Assembly (NCBI GenBank): GCA_965112735.1
Contig: OZ218954.1
Span: 1,426,001-1,490,000, forward strand
Length of the DNA: 64,000 nt
From: Phaeosaccion multiseriatum
Lineage: Eukaryota; Protista; Ochrophyta, other classes
Direction of reading: 5' to 3'
Shown here: positions 1-13,259 of the stretch, piece by piece
Layout: each line of letters starts with the position of its first letter
How positions within the stretch are numbered: the stretch's first letter is position 1
Notes under the pieces: generated by a model
The model's input: the letters and a program-made list of their open reading frames with translations, nothing else
Database searches by the model: none
Told to the model about the DNA's origin: nothing
Position numbers and translations under genes: made by a program

Positions 1-988
1 CGTGCGTGCGTGCGTACGTGTGTGTGTGTGCGTGTTGTGTGTGCGCGTGCGTCGTACCTGCGGTGCCGGCTGCAACGGAGAAGTCAATGGCCGTTGACTC
101 ATTGGCCTCATCGGCTTGCATCCAGTTGGAGGAGAAGTGCGATTTGCTGAGAGTCGAGACAGGGGGAGGGGGGGAAGGAGGTAGGGAGGGAGGGGGGGAG
201 GGAGGGAGGGAGGGAGGGAGGGAGGGAGGGAGGGAGGGAGGGAGGGAGGGAGGGAGGGAGGGAGGGAGGGAGGGAGGGAGGGAGGGAGGGAGGGAGGGAG
301 GGAGGGAGGGAGGGAGGGAGGGAGGGAGGGAGGGAGGGAGGGAGGGAGGGAGGGAGGGAGAGAGGGAGGGAGAGAGGGAGGGAGGGAGGGAGGGAGAAAG
401 GGGACTTGAGACAGATGCAGCGGGTAAGAGAGGGGAGGCTCACGCTCGCACTCACGCACACACGCACTCACGCACCTTCGCTGGCCGACGAGCAGCCACG
501 CACAGCCTGCGTAGTGGCACGCAAGCACCATCACCACGTTGAGCATCATGAAGCGCCGCACGGACAGGCCAGGGGAGTACAGCCATCTTGTCTTACGGAC
601 AATGTCTTGAAGGCGGTCAGTAGCGGCAGGGAGATGACCTAATCGCAGGACCTGGGCGGGCATAGGGGTTTTGTGGGGGTGCGTGAGTGTTTGGGGGGGT
701 TGTGAGTGAGGAAAGAAAGCATACAAACCAACACAGTGAGCGCGTCCGCCGGCCTCGGTCGTAACCTCCCTCACCTTGCTGAAGCGTAGCACGGCCAGCA
801 GGTCTGGATAGCCCACTGCCAACAGGTCAAGCGGCAGGCCCGTCAGCAGCTCCAGCCACACGTTGTGTGTGCGGCGGAAGCGTCGATGCAAGCTCCGAGA
901 GTCATGCACCAAAACCGCCTGAGAGAGAGAGAGCGAGAGGGAGAGAGAGGGAGAGAGGGAGAGAGGGAGAGAGCGAGAGAGAGGGAGG

Positions 989-1025
<37 letters not shown>

Positions 1026-2457
1026 GGAGGGAGAGAGAGGGAGAGAGGGAGAGAGAGAGAGAGGGAGAGAGCGAGAGAGAGGGAGGGAGGGAGAGAGAGG
1101 GAGAGAGAGAGGGAGAGAGAGAGGGAGGGAGAGAGAGAGAGAGAGGGAGAGAGAGAGAGAGAGGGAGAGAGAGAGAGAGAGGGAGAGAGAGAGGGAGAGA
1201 GAGAGAGGGGGAGAGAGAGAGGGAGAGCGAGAGAGGGAGATAGGGAGAGAGAGAGAGAGAGAAAGAGAGGGAGGGAGGGAGAGAGAGGGAGAGAGAGAGA
1301 ATGAGAGTGAGACAGAGAGAGGGAGAAGAGAGCGAGAGAGCGCGCGAGAGAGGGGGGGGGGGGGGAGTACAAAGCGGATGAACGGCTCCATGACACTCGC
1401 TCACTCCATTGCGAGTCTTCGGGCCTTCTTATCGCCGCATGTACGCGCTACATAGAGGAACTTCTCTTCGAAACGAATATAGAGCCAGCCCTGTCCTTCT
1501 TGGATCTTTCTTGTTCCCCCCTGTTGACCTTTGAAGTGCAACGGGCGGTGCCTTCAGGGGCTTCCGGTGCATTTACATACCTCATCCATAAAGGAGAAGA
1601 AGGACAACTCGAGCAGGACATTAAGTAAGAAGATGAGGTCCACAAAGTATCCCGGCACCAACAGCCACGCTTGCTTGGCGAAGGACAACCTCTGAAGGAT
1701 GACGTTCAGTTCGATGGGGAGGATGTGGAGGGAGGGAGGGAGGGAGGGAGGGAGGGAGGGAGGGAGGGAGGGAGGGAGGGAGGGAGGGAGGGAGGGAGGG
1801 AGGGAGGGAGGGAGGGAGGAGGGAGGGAGGAGGGAGGGAGGAGGGAGGAGGGAAGGAGGGAGGGAGAGGGAAGGAGAGAAGGAGGGAGAGAGCGAGCAAA
1901 GAAGGGCAAGGTGAGGCTGTGCGCATGTGGAAAGGGGGAGACAGCAGGCACACGCACACAAACACGCACAACACATAAGAGACACGCACGCACACGCAAA
2001 CACACACACAAAAACACTCACACACATATATACAACACGCACGCCCATTGACTTACTACCCACGCACCGACAAGCACGCCGCCATATGCAGAGGAGTGGC
2101 GACGGTGTAAAATCCAAGCCCACAGAAGAGCATGAGATCCCATATGTCACGGAAAGTGCTCCCAGGCCGGCCTTGAGAGCTGACCCAGCTAACAGGCCCG
2201 TGCTCCTCTCCAACTACTCCTCCGTCTTCTCCCCGCTTCCTTCCTGCTCCCCCTACTGCTCCCGACCCCTCCACTGCTGTTTCTCCCCCTTTCGCTCCTC
2301 CTCCTCCTCCCCCTCCTCCCCCCCCTGCCCTCCCTCCTCTCTCCGCTAAGATGGTGATATTATCGGTCCGCCGAATGTATTTCAAATCTTCGACTTGCCC
2401 CATGGATTGATGCATCGCCCACACAGACCGAAAGGCCTGGGCGGGTAACAGGAACAT

Positions 2458-2492
<35 letters not shown>

Positions 2493-5400
2493 GGGCAGGT
2501 GAGGGAGGGGGTGCAAGAAGGAGAAGAAGAAGAAGAAGAAAAAGAAGAAGAAGGAGGAGGAGGGGCAGATTAGTTGGCAGGATACGGCGTGCTTCGGCCT
2601 AGGGGATAGAGAAGCAGCAGAGAAGAGGGGCGGTGGAGGGCCGCAGTGGCACGAAGGCGAAGGAAAGGGAGCCCACTGCCCCCCCCCCCGAACAACCCCT
2701 CCTCCGTCCCTACCCATATGCCTTTCTCATACCCATGTGTCGTTCTCAAATCACAACACGTCTCTCTCTCTCTCTCTGTACTCTCACCTCTACGAATGTA
2801 GCGGCGATGATGGTGCTCTTACACAGGGCCTCCCCTAGGATGGTCTCACCACCAAAGTTGTCCCCTGCCGTGAGCTTTCCTTCTACCAAACCAGTGCCTT
2901 TAGCGATGAGCTCGAGCTGCCCGCGGCTGACGATGTAGATGCCGAGGAGAGGCTGCCCTGGGCTTAGTATCTACATGAAGGAGGAGCAGGGCGGGGGGGG
3001 GGGTACGTAAGCTTACGCACTACCCCTGCCACTGGGGCACACACAGCCCCTGTCACACACACTGCCCTGAACAAACTGCAAACTGCAAACTGCGTAGAGC
3101 GCACTGACACTGCAAACTGCCCCCCTGGGCCCTGACTGACCTCATCGTGTGGGCTGTACACGTAGTTATCCATGTGCAGCGCTAATGCGTTGATGACCGT
3201 CGGAGTGGCCCCCGCCAGCATGGGGAGTGTGGAGAGCATCGACCGGACCATGACACCAGTTACTCTCTGACGGAGGGTGGTGGGAAGCTCAGCTAGGAAA
3301 GAGTCTTCATCGATGCCGTGGAGGGACTGCCAGCGGTAGTCAAAGAAGGACAGCACTCGGTGCTGGAGTGGAGGCGGCAATCTGTTGGGTAGGGATTGGG
3401 AGAGGGGGCGGGGGATAAATGTGGGAGGTGGAGAGGGGGGGGGGGAGAATGGCACTCCCTGACACCAGGTACTGCTACTGACTGACTAACACCAGGTACG
3501 GCTACTGACTGACTAACACCAGGTACTGCTACTGACTGACTAACACCAGGTACTGCTGCTGACGGACTAACACCAGGTACTGCTACTGACTGCCTAACAC
3601 CAGGTACTGCTACTGACTGCCTAACACCAGGTACTGCTACTGACGGACTAACACCAGGTACTGCTACTGACTGACTAACACCAGGTACGGCTACTGACTG
3701 ACTAACACCAGGTACTGCTACTGACTGACTAACACCAGGTACTGCTGCTGACGGACTAACACCAGGTACTGCTACTGACTGCCTAACACCAGGTACTGCT
3801 ACAGACTGCCTAACACCAGGTACTGCTACTGACTGACTAACACCCGGTACTGCTACTGACTGACTAACACCAGGTACTGCTACAGACTGACCAACACCAG
3901 GGTGTGACTGACACTAGGTACTGCCACTGACTAGCTGACACCACGGACTGACTGGACTGACTGGACTCACCTCCGGTAGCTCATGTACTTGTTTATGGCA
4001 TCAATCTTGACCTGGTGCTCCGTCCTCGCTCTGTCTCGGTTGGTCATGAGCAGGGTCAGATTGGCGATGGCAGCACACGTCACGAACACGCCCGTATACA
4101 TTGCCACAATGGTGAACAGCGTCTCTCTTGTCGTGTGCGGTACCTGCGGGCGTGGTAGAGGCAATGGAAAGAGAGGGGAGAGGAGGGAGGGGAAGGAAGG
4201 AAGGAAGGAAGGAAGGAAGGAAGGAAGGAAGGAAGGAAGGAAGGAAGGAAGGAAGGAAGGAAGGAAGGAGGGGAGGGGAGGGAGGAGGGGAGGGAGGGGA
4301 GGGGAGGGAGGGGAGGGGAGAGCAAAGCAGGCTAAGGTCCTTGTGCCGTTTTGGGCCGTAGGCAGATCACACTTCTGCGCCTCTCTCCCACCCCATTTCT
4401 CATCCCATGCTCTCAGGCTTGGGCCCCCTACCCTACCCAATTGAGGGGGGGGGTGCTTTTTTTCTTCTGACCACCAAGGCACTTGGAAACGAACGACATC
4501 GCATACACAACTTCATCACTCCTTCTTCTCTTGCGTTTGCCCGACTACTACCATACGCCTATTCGCCTCACAATATCTCCGAAGCCAGTTGTGATCATGG
4601 TGACGAATGCCCAATATATGGCCCTCCCATAGCTGTTGAGCGTGGACTGTAGTATCACCACCTCGCATACATCGTCGCCTCCTGTGAGTGCTGGTTGAAC
4701 CTCAATGAGCCCGTCCATGGCGAGCCACGTGTTGTCAGCACAGCCTTCCGCGTCCTGTGAGGTGAAGGGCGAGAGACATAAGGGGGGGGAGGGAGGAGCG
4801 CACTCTCAATCATTAGTGGAGGATCTGTCCTTGATACACAAAGTGGAGAGGGAATAAAGTTGTAGAGTGTTGTAATATGACGCCCCTTCTCCGCCAAGCG
4901 TCACCCACTGCTCTACGGTTTGCCTCTCTCTTTATCGTTCTCGTCCTCGACATTCAACCCCCCCTCCCCCCTCCCTCTCTCTAGGCTCCTGGGACTATGG
5001 TGACTGAAACCCTCACTGCGGTCCCGCCCCTACCCCACCCACCCACGCACGCACGCACGCACGCACGCACGCACACACGCACCCACGCACGCACGCACGC
5101 ACCCACTCATTGCTGGCTTGCTTCCCACTCACCGACTTGGCTACCCAGAAGAAGCAGCACGCGGCCCAGTGGCCAGTGATGACGGTTACGAAGAAAAGTT
5201 GCCACATTCGGGCGATCATGGCGTTACGGAGGAGTCTGCGCCCTTCGAGGTAGCGCAATATACCCCTACCCTCCCTGTGTGGGAGAGAGAGAGAGAGAGA
5301 GGCGGGTGGGGGGGGGCGGAGGGAGGGGAGTGAGGGAGAAGAACAGAAGAGAGAGAGGAAGCAGAACAGAAGAGAGAGAGGAAGAGGGAGGGAGAGAGAG

Positions 5401-7290
5401 GGAGAAAGAGAGAGAGAGAGAGATTGAAAGAGATTGAAAGAAGGAGGGGGAGAGAGGGAGAAAGAGAGAGATTTCAATGCCTGTGCATGCGTAGACAGAC
5501 CCAAAAAGGCACTCCAAGGAAGGAGGCACGGCAGGTGGGGGTTCTGTCTGTCTCTGTCTCTGCCTCTGCCGTATGGCGAGAATGAAGCCTTTCCACCCTC
5601 GCAGGCAGCGCCATCCATCGAATCGAACAGAGACGACAGAGCTGATGCAGAGCCGTGTCGATGCATCTCGTCTCACTCCGCCTTTCTCCCCTGTGATGGA
5701 TCTGCTCATATGTCTCTCCCCTGTGAAGGAAAGTACCTGACCAGCATCCCCTCACCCCCTGGACGTGGCCTTCATTGACTTCATTTCGGAGCAAGGACTT
5801 GGCGCAGCTCAGCTTCAGCTCAGATGGGCTGAGGTGCACTCCATACTCACATTGGTAGGAACGCCACTCGAAGCATCCTATTGGTCATAAACAGCCCCAA
5901 CTGATGAGCGTTCGTCCCTGCCGCAGCGGTCAGCACCCAATACATGACCATCTCTAGCGGAAACACCGCCAGCAGGTGAAAGCAAACGATTGCTGCCCCC
6001 CGCCTATTGGCTGCATCTCTGGACATGAGTATGACGCTCCTACATGCTCTTCGTACAGCCTGGAAGGTGGTCACACCCAAGCCCACACAAAGGTCCATTC
6101 GCTTCCCTCTCCCCCGACTTGGAGACGCTGGCTTGGAGGAGTCCTCGCGGATGAAGCGGGAAGGTGAGGGGTGGTGCGGCTGCGAGCGCAATTCTATCAG
6201 CCTGTGGCACATGCACATACGCAAGCAAGCACACGAGGCAAGTTCAGGAGGGGAGAGGAGGGAGGGAGGGAGGGAAGGGAGGGTCAGCAAAGGTTGGGAT
6301 GGTCATGCATGCGCACGGAGAGAGAGAGAGTGGGACTGACTCGCTACGGAGAACGGCAGCCGTTTCGTGGTTTCTACTTCCGCGATGTTTCCTGGCTATC
6401 GCTCTTCCTCAATGTACCGACCTTGCTAGGCTGCTCGCTGTGCGGCCAAGCTTCGATATTCGTTCCGCCCGTGCCCTTTCCCCCCCCCCCTCTCGCTTCT
6501 CCATCTCTCGCTCCTCCATCTTGTGCCACTCTCTCATGGTCACACAGCACATCTGGTACACGCAAAAGAGGTCCGCGAGACGATCTAGCACCAGCAGGGG
6601 CCAAAAGTCTTCCGACAGGGTGAAGGACGGCATAAAGCACACCCGCAGTGGGACGGAGGCGATGAAGTATGTGGTGCACACAAAGCCGATGAGATACTCG
6701 CGAAACTCCTGGTAGTCGACAATGCCCAGCACACGGCGGCGAGCGGCCTCGGTTTGGCCCTGACTTACACTGCGTAGTCCCCTGGATATGCAGATTGAGG
6801 GGAGGGAGAGAGGGAGGAGCATTAGCGAACACAGTGGAGTGGAATATAGAGAAAAGGGCTGTAAACCCACACAGGGAAAAGGGAACTCTGGGGTGGGCCC
6901 ATACTTGACTCTCTACGCTCCTTCCTGCCGCTGCTCGCACCTGGCCAATTCGCTGTTCCTCGCGCGAGATCGCAGTCGAGATTCTCTCGGCTTGTCGTCC
7001 TCGCGAGACGGCAGTCGAGATCCTCTCCCCTCCAATTCAGCCTTGCCAGCCCCCGGCCCAAAATCAGGAGAACAAAGGTCGGATGCCTCATGGCCTATCC
7101 TGGCGCTGCCATGTTGTCGTGCGGTCATCTCCCTGGTCATCCGCCCTGCTTGTTGGTACGTTTCTGTGGCGTCGGCTGCGCACCTCCTGGTGGTTCGCCT
7201 GCTGACCGCTGGCTCATCGTCTGCATCGCCCGCAAGGCGGAGCGATACTGTCAGCTGCCTCTTCACTGACCTCGTCATTGACCTCTTCAT
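1..7290 (-). CDS. Multi-exon cyclic-nucleotide-regulated (KCNH/CNG-like) K+ channel with at least two tandem 6TM modules; 3' part lies beyond the left edge
   Basis: Spliced GT-AG exons give S4 NRMLRVAFLP, S5 GHWAACCFFW, pore YWAFVTMITTGFGDI|VP, C-linker RVLSFFDYRWQSLHGIDE and cNBD GIYIVSRGQLE...GDNFGGE. A second module follows: S1 STFRDIWDLM, S3-S4 LPLDLL...VLRFSK|VLRL, S5 CHYAGCAW. The start codon at 7290 is tentative. Confidence 0.88.
3460..3925. repeat. 27-bp intronic minisatellite, about 16 copies of ACTAACACCAGGTACTGCTACTGACTG
   Basis: Tandem array directly visible inside the channel intron (donor ~3970, acceptor ~3383). Confidence 0.95.
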
Positions 7291-8127
7291 CTTTGTAAGG
7301 TAGCCTTAGTGCGGAGCGATGAGGATGGTGTGATCAGTTTGGCATCTTCCCTCCTATGCTCACCCCCCCCCTTCCCTCCCTTTCCCTCCTCTTCCCCATG
7401 CTCCTCTGGGTCTTGAGTCTTCTTCTTCCCTTCCTACTCCTCGCTTTCAGTCCCTTCTTGAGCTGGCTACAAGAGAGAGGGTGTTGCTCCAACGAGGGGG
7501 GATAAGAAACACACAAAAAAAGGGGGAGAAGTTTCAAAACAGTTTGAGTTTCAATTCTCTCCCTCCGTACCTCCTCAAAACGATCTCAAAACTACCCCCT
7601 GATCGACCCTGAGTTACCCCTCCAATAAAAACCAAGGACTGCTTCTTCTCGCAACCATCTAGCAACCATGGGCACGGCGAGAGTACTGCTATCGGAACTC
7701 AGCCAGGTGTAAAGAGTCGCATGACTCTCCACATAGGATAGGAGTAGAAGCACAAATAAGGTAGAGAGAACTTCCACGCCAGCCTGGCAGCCAGCCTTGT
7801 CTCTATTACCTTATTATGGTCCATCCTAAACGACCAACCTGAGTTAAATGTAATCTTTGGTAATCTTTAGTCTTTGGTTGGTGATACAAAAATCACAAGG
7901 TCGTCGCGTTACGCTTTGAAAAATGTCGTTGAACCTGCGACTTTTCAATGTCCGATTCAATAGCTCGAGCTGTTTGAGGTCGTTTTACACGCTTCTTCGT
8001 TGCTTTCCCTTCCCACCCCGCTGGGTCCTTCTCCGCTTGCCGCTCCCACTCCTTTTCCCTTTCTTTCCGCCCCCTCTCTTACAAAAAAAATCCTTTCCCT
8101 TTGCCCTTAGGACTTGCTTCCGCTGGA

Positions 8128-8250
8128 TCGGGGCTGGACAAGGTTATAATCAGTAATTACTGAGCCCCGCTGAGATCAGTAATCAGGCCGCCTGTGGGCA
8201 TAATCAGGCCCGGCTGGCGCCATGCCAAAATCAGTAATCAGGCCGGCCAG
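8128..8250. mobile_element. Degenerate one-ended copy of MITE family A
   Basis: TCGGGGCTGGACAAGGTTA matches the TIR at 20926 at 17/19 positions and is followed by TAATCAGTAATCAGGCC repeats. No second TIR found. Confidence 0.7.
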
Positions 8251-8279
8251 GAAAAAAAAGAAAGCTGAGCTCCCCACCG

Positions 8280-8625
8280 CCATAACTCAGGGCAACTCAC
8301 ATCAGATGACTCAGATTTGTTTCACCGCGGGATGAGTTAACTCAACACAACTCAGTCTTGCTGCTTTCCGCCGCGCGTAAATCACTATCTACATGAGCGT
8401 AACTCACAGCATTCAGCATCCCGTGGGTGAATTAACCCCTTTCCCAGGGGGGTCTAAGCCTAACTCAGAGGTGACGTCGATATTTGCACCCTCACTCAAA
8501 CGAAATCAGACTAACTCAGACTGGCCGTCTCGCTCCACTCAGATTTGCCGTCTCTATCTCAGATTTGGCACCTCTAACAGATTTGACTCCTCGAACTCAG
8601 ATTTGACGCCCTCTAACTCAGAGTT
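8280..8625. repeat. Cluster of dispersed (T)AACTCAG / ACTCAGATTTG motifs
   Basis: About a dozen imperfect copies in 350 bp; inverted copies (CTGAGTTA) occur near 7609 and 7839. Confidence 0.6.
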
Positions 8626-8705
8626 GTGGTCGCACCGCCTTTTTCCTCTCCTTCTTGGTGAGGGGCTTCTTCCCCACACTTGGGTGTAGATACCCAAAGT
8701 GTACA

Positions 8706-11700
8706 TCAGGTGTAGAAGTAAGTGAAGCTCTCTCTCTCCAGCACGCTCAGCAACGCATGGCCCAACTCGCCCAGGGAGGTTTGCAGCTGCCGTAGACAGA
8801 AGAGGGCCGTGTTGAACTGCAGAACAGTGGTCACCTCCGTGGATGGCAGTTGACGCGCCCAAGCCTTTCGGTTGATGAACCTGGCGCGGGTGTGAGGGTG
8901 GAGATGGGGCCGGGGCGGGCGAATGATGTGATGTATGCAGGGGGGGGGAGGGGTGGAGTTCGAGGGAGGAAGGGACGATGTTAGCGTATAGTTAGAAGGG
9001 GGGATCAATTCGACGAGATGAGCAGAAGGTGCCAGAGTGAGCCCACATCTGTCTGTCTGTCTGTCTGTCTCGTCTGTCTGTCTCACCCTGCCTACACGCC
9101 CCTCCCTCTGTCTCCCCTCTTTGTCTCACCTTATCTGGGTGCCTGCCTCACCCTGCCTCACTCTCCCTCCCTGTGTCACCCTATGTGCCTGCCTACATGC
9201 CTCCCTCTCTCTCTCTCCGTGTCTCACCTGGAGTGTTCCTCAGCCATGAGCGTGTCGAGCTTTTGTGCCTCCTCGTGCAGCTCCAGCATCAGAGCTGCCT
9301 GTTGAGCTCGGGCATCGCGACCATCACCTACCCTCCCACCCCCACCACCACTACTGTCTATGAATCCACCGCTGCTACTACTACTACAACTGCTACAGCT
9401 ACTGCTGCTGCTGTTGCGGCTCAGTGGGCCCCCTCGCTGGGCCGCCGTTCCACTCCGCTCGACAGTGTGGCTCCGACGGGAGTCTGGATGCCCTCTCCAC
9501 ACTCTCAACTTCGAGCGCTGCATACTGCCATGGCGGCCACTCGAGCGAGACCGTAGCGTGTAGGATGAGGCCCTCCGTCGCCCTCGTCTCTCCCTCGCCG
9601 CCTCCACCACCGCCTCCACCTCCTCCTCATCTTCGTCCATACACCCCCTCACGCTGCGCATCTCGTCGTCGTCGCATGTTGTATCAGCAACTGCCACTGA
9701 TGCATCAAAGACCCTGTCTTGCCCCTCCCGCGAGCCCTCCGCATCCTCCTCGTGACCGCCCCCCTCGGTCTGCAGCTCCCTCGTCCCTCGCGCCAACCAA
9801 GTCTGCCGCTCTTCGTCCTTCGCCTCCTCCGGAGGTAGCGGGCGACTTGTTCGGTCAGAGCCCTTACCGCCACCCAGGGGGGGGGTAGAGTTGGCGCGAG
9901 CAACGCCGTTGGAGAGGCGAAGACGCCCCCTCTCGTCGCCAAGGCTGTTTCTGCGGTCGTTAGGGAGGGAGTGCGTGCGTGTGTGCGTGTACACGTGAGC
10001 GAGCAAGGCGTGGCGTGACACTCTGCGAGAAAGGCGGATGGCCCGAAAGCAAGCCTCTAGACACAGGCACAGGATGGCAAAGGGTTCGAGTCAACGTCTG
10101 TGTGTGTGTGTGTGTGTTCGTGTGTGCGCGCGTGTCGCGTGGTGTGGCCTCAGGAGCTCGGTCTGTAAGTGCCAGTCATGTGGCATCAATCAGCACTCAA
10201 ATCACTCAGCAGTCTATGTACTCTTCCGACAGTCGCACCAGTGGAGGTTCGCAGCGACAGTTTGTTCTTGCCAGGCAATCGCAACACACACAGACACACA
10301 CGCACACAAATGATCTCCTTCCGACGCACCACCACGTGAATCCTCCCACCTTCTCCTCCTTACCTCCGCCTCTTCGTGGCCCCATCACTGAAAGTGCATC
10401 TGTCCGTCCCCGTCGATTGGCACTCTCTGCAGACAGCGCAGTCCTTCTTCTCCTCGCAGAAGGCTTCCACGGCGAGAAGGAGGGTGGCGTCCATCCTGTC
10501 CAACAGCTGACGTAGATTGAACACACATCTGTCAAGTGCCTGGAGTACGTCTTCCAGCTCTCGGGCCCTCTGCAGCATTCGCACCGCCCGAGAGGCCACA
10601 GCGAGCTTCCTGTGCATGTCTACTTGGGCCAGCACCAGCACCTGGGGCACACGCACACACGGCACGCGCGCACACATGCACACACACACACACACAAGAG
10701 AAAGGGAGAGAAAGCGTCAAAATCTTGAGCCCCTGACTACCTAGATTTTTGAAGTCCCTTGGTCTATATTCATTCCTCTTTGCGGTCGATCCATCGATGG
10801 CAATCGATGGCACGTGTGAGTGGGTGCATGTACGTACCCGGTAGGACGGCTCATGGAAAGGCGTGTGCCACAGCTGAGGCTCGTCATTGGCCTGTTTCAG
10901 GTAGGTCTTCTGCAGGCGAACGCTCTTCAGTATGTCAGCAAGAGTGTCTGGCAGAGAGAGAGACAGAGGGCGATGCGACAAATCAGGAGTGGGTGGGACG
11001 AGAGTAACAAAGACGAGGCTGAGTAAAAAAGACAGTTAAGGGCGACTTCGGCTTTTGAGGAAGGAGCCGGGGATGGGGGGTGAGAAGAGGAAAGGAGGGC
11101 AAGGCTTTGAGGTTTGGAAGAAGAAAAACGCAAGGAAGAGACACACAAGAGAGCCTAAGAAGGCCGTTAATCGGCAAGTTGGTCGGTCCTTCTTACCATC
11201 CGGTGGTGTGAGCGCAGATTCTCCATACCAAGGCTTCTGACCGTAGCTGGTCACATCGTCAGAGACTGCAAAGATGGGCCTCTTCTTTTTCTGCTTCTTC
11301 TTGCCATTGTCGATGTTGGCGTCGTCGTCGTCGCCGCCGTTGTTGTTATTGTTGCTGTTGTTGCTCGTTGCTCTGACCAAGCTCTCGCCCGCCCGCCGAC
11401 GCAAGCCTCTATGCTCTTTCCCCATGAGCTGATCCCCACCATTCTCATCTCCTCCTCCTCCTCCTGCTGCTGCTGCTGCTGCTGCTGCCCCGTCCCCGGC
11501 TGCTACACTCACGACCAACGAGCGGTTGTCAGCACAGCCACCACTACCACCAGAATCACCACCAGCAGCACCGCCATCCCCGTCAAGAAGGAGATCGCTC
11601 TTGAGGGTGCGCACCTCTCTCAGGCAGAGAGAGAGGCCCACATGGAGCTGTTGCCGCAGCAAGTGAGTGGCGCGCACGGGAACGAAGAGCGTGTCCAGCA

Positions 11701-13228
11701 CCACGTAAATGATCGACCCAATGAGGTTATTCTCAATACGAGCCAGGGTGGTGCTGCTGCCCGGCTCGGTTGGGAAGGCTCCGAGAAGAATGATGACGGC
11801 TGTGGTTTGGTTGGGAGGAGGGAGGAGCGAGCAACGAGAGGAATAGAAGCGTGTGTTGGGGGGGTGGAGGAGGAGGGAAGGGGAGGGGGGGGGGGGGGTG
11901 GAGGGGGTTAGAGGGACAAATTGAGAGAAGCAATTAATTGTATCAAAACCTGCAGAAGTAGCGACTCTAACAGAATCTCTTCCATCCTCCCTCCCTCCCT
12001 CCCTCCCTCCCTCCCCTTCCTCCCTCCCCCTCTCTCCTCCTCCCTCCGTCCCTTGCTTACCCGTGAAGCCTGACACCAGTGCGCAGTACCCATAGGACTG
12101 ACTGAAGCGGAAGAAGCTGTTGAGCAGAACCCAGGGGGGAATGGCCCAGAACGTCGCGGCAGTCGAGAGATCTCCGCCGTACGTCTCGACCACGAAATAC
12201 GCAAACCTGCATGACGAGAGAGTGCGTGTGCGTGCTTACGTGGGTGAGTGTGCGCGTGCGTGTGTGATTGAGATGACTTCGACTTCGTGGATAAAGAGAG
12301 AGGGGGTGAGAGTGAACCAATCGTTACTCAAAATCGATCCCATCGTTTCCTCTCTACACACACGAGCGTCATCCTCCCTCGTTCATCATCAGACATCCCT
12401 GTCACCTTCACTCATGCACCTTCACATGTTACATTTGCTTCAATTGCCGTATTCACGCGTAAGCTCTACTATACAAAAGGAAAGGAATCCAGCCAACATG
12501 GGTTGAGATCCACACACTCGCAGAGACTCACAGGGACGTATATCGAGTCTTAAGAGTCTAAAGCCTCGTGGTCATGACAAGTATACAGCTCTGTCGCCAT
12601 TTGTAGCCACTCTTTGTCCAACAGCATCGACGCCGAAGCCGCTCACAGCGTGCAACTTACATGGACCCCAGCACCGATCCGAGCACTCTCTCGATGGACG
12701 AATGGAAGCCGGTGGCGCTTGTTTCTGTGCGGAAGCGGGCGAGATTGGCACAGAGAGAGCGCAAGATAAGAGAGAGCACAAGAGAAAGAGAGGAAAGGGT
12801 CAGGAAGAACAGAGAGAGAGAGAGGGCGAGAGAGAAAGATCGGGAGAAAGAGAAAGCGAGGAAGGGAAAGAAAGAAAAGAGAGAGGGAGGGAGAGAGAGA
12901 GAGAGAGAGAGGGCGAGAGAGAAAGATCGGGAGAAAGAGACAGCGAGGAAGGGAAAGAAAGAAAAGAGAGAGGGAGGGAGGGAGGGAGGGAGGGAGAGAG
13001 AGAGAGAGAGGGCGAGAGAGAAAGATCGGGAGAAAGAGACAGCGAGGAAGGGAAAGAAAGAAAAGAGAGAGGGAGGGAGAGAGAGAGAGAGGGCGAGAGA
13101 GAAAGATCGGGAGAAAGAGAAAGCGAGGAAGGGAAAGAAAGAAAAGAGAGAGGGAGAGAGAGAGAGGGCGAGAGAGAAAGATCGGGAGAAAGAGACAGCG
13201 AGGAAGGGAAAGAAAGAAAAGAGAGAGG

Positions 13229-13259
<31 letters not shown>

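Noticed and set aside
6-2051. Long REGG, PPSL and LSLS ORFs here and throughout the window (also 12643-13443, 16258-17359, 56101-56580)
   Set aside because: They are translations of stop-free intronic microsatellites lying between identifiable exons.
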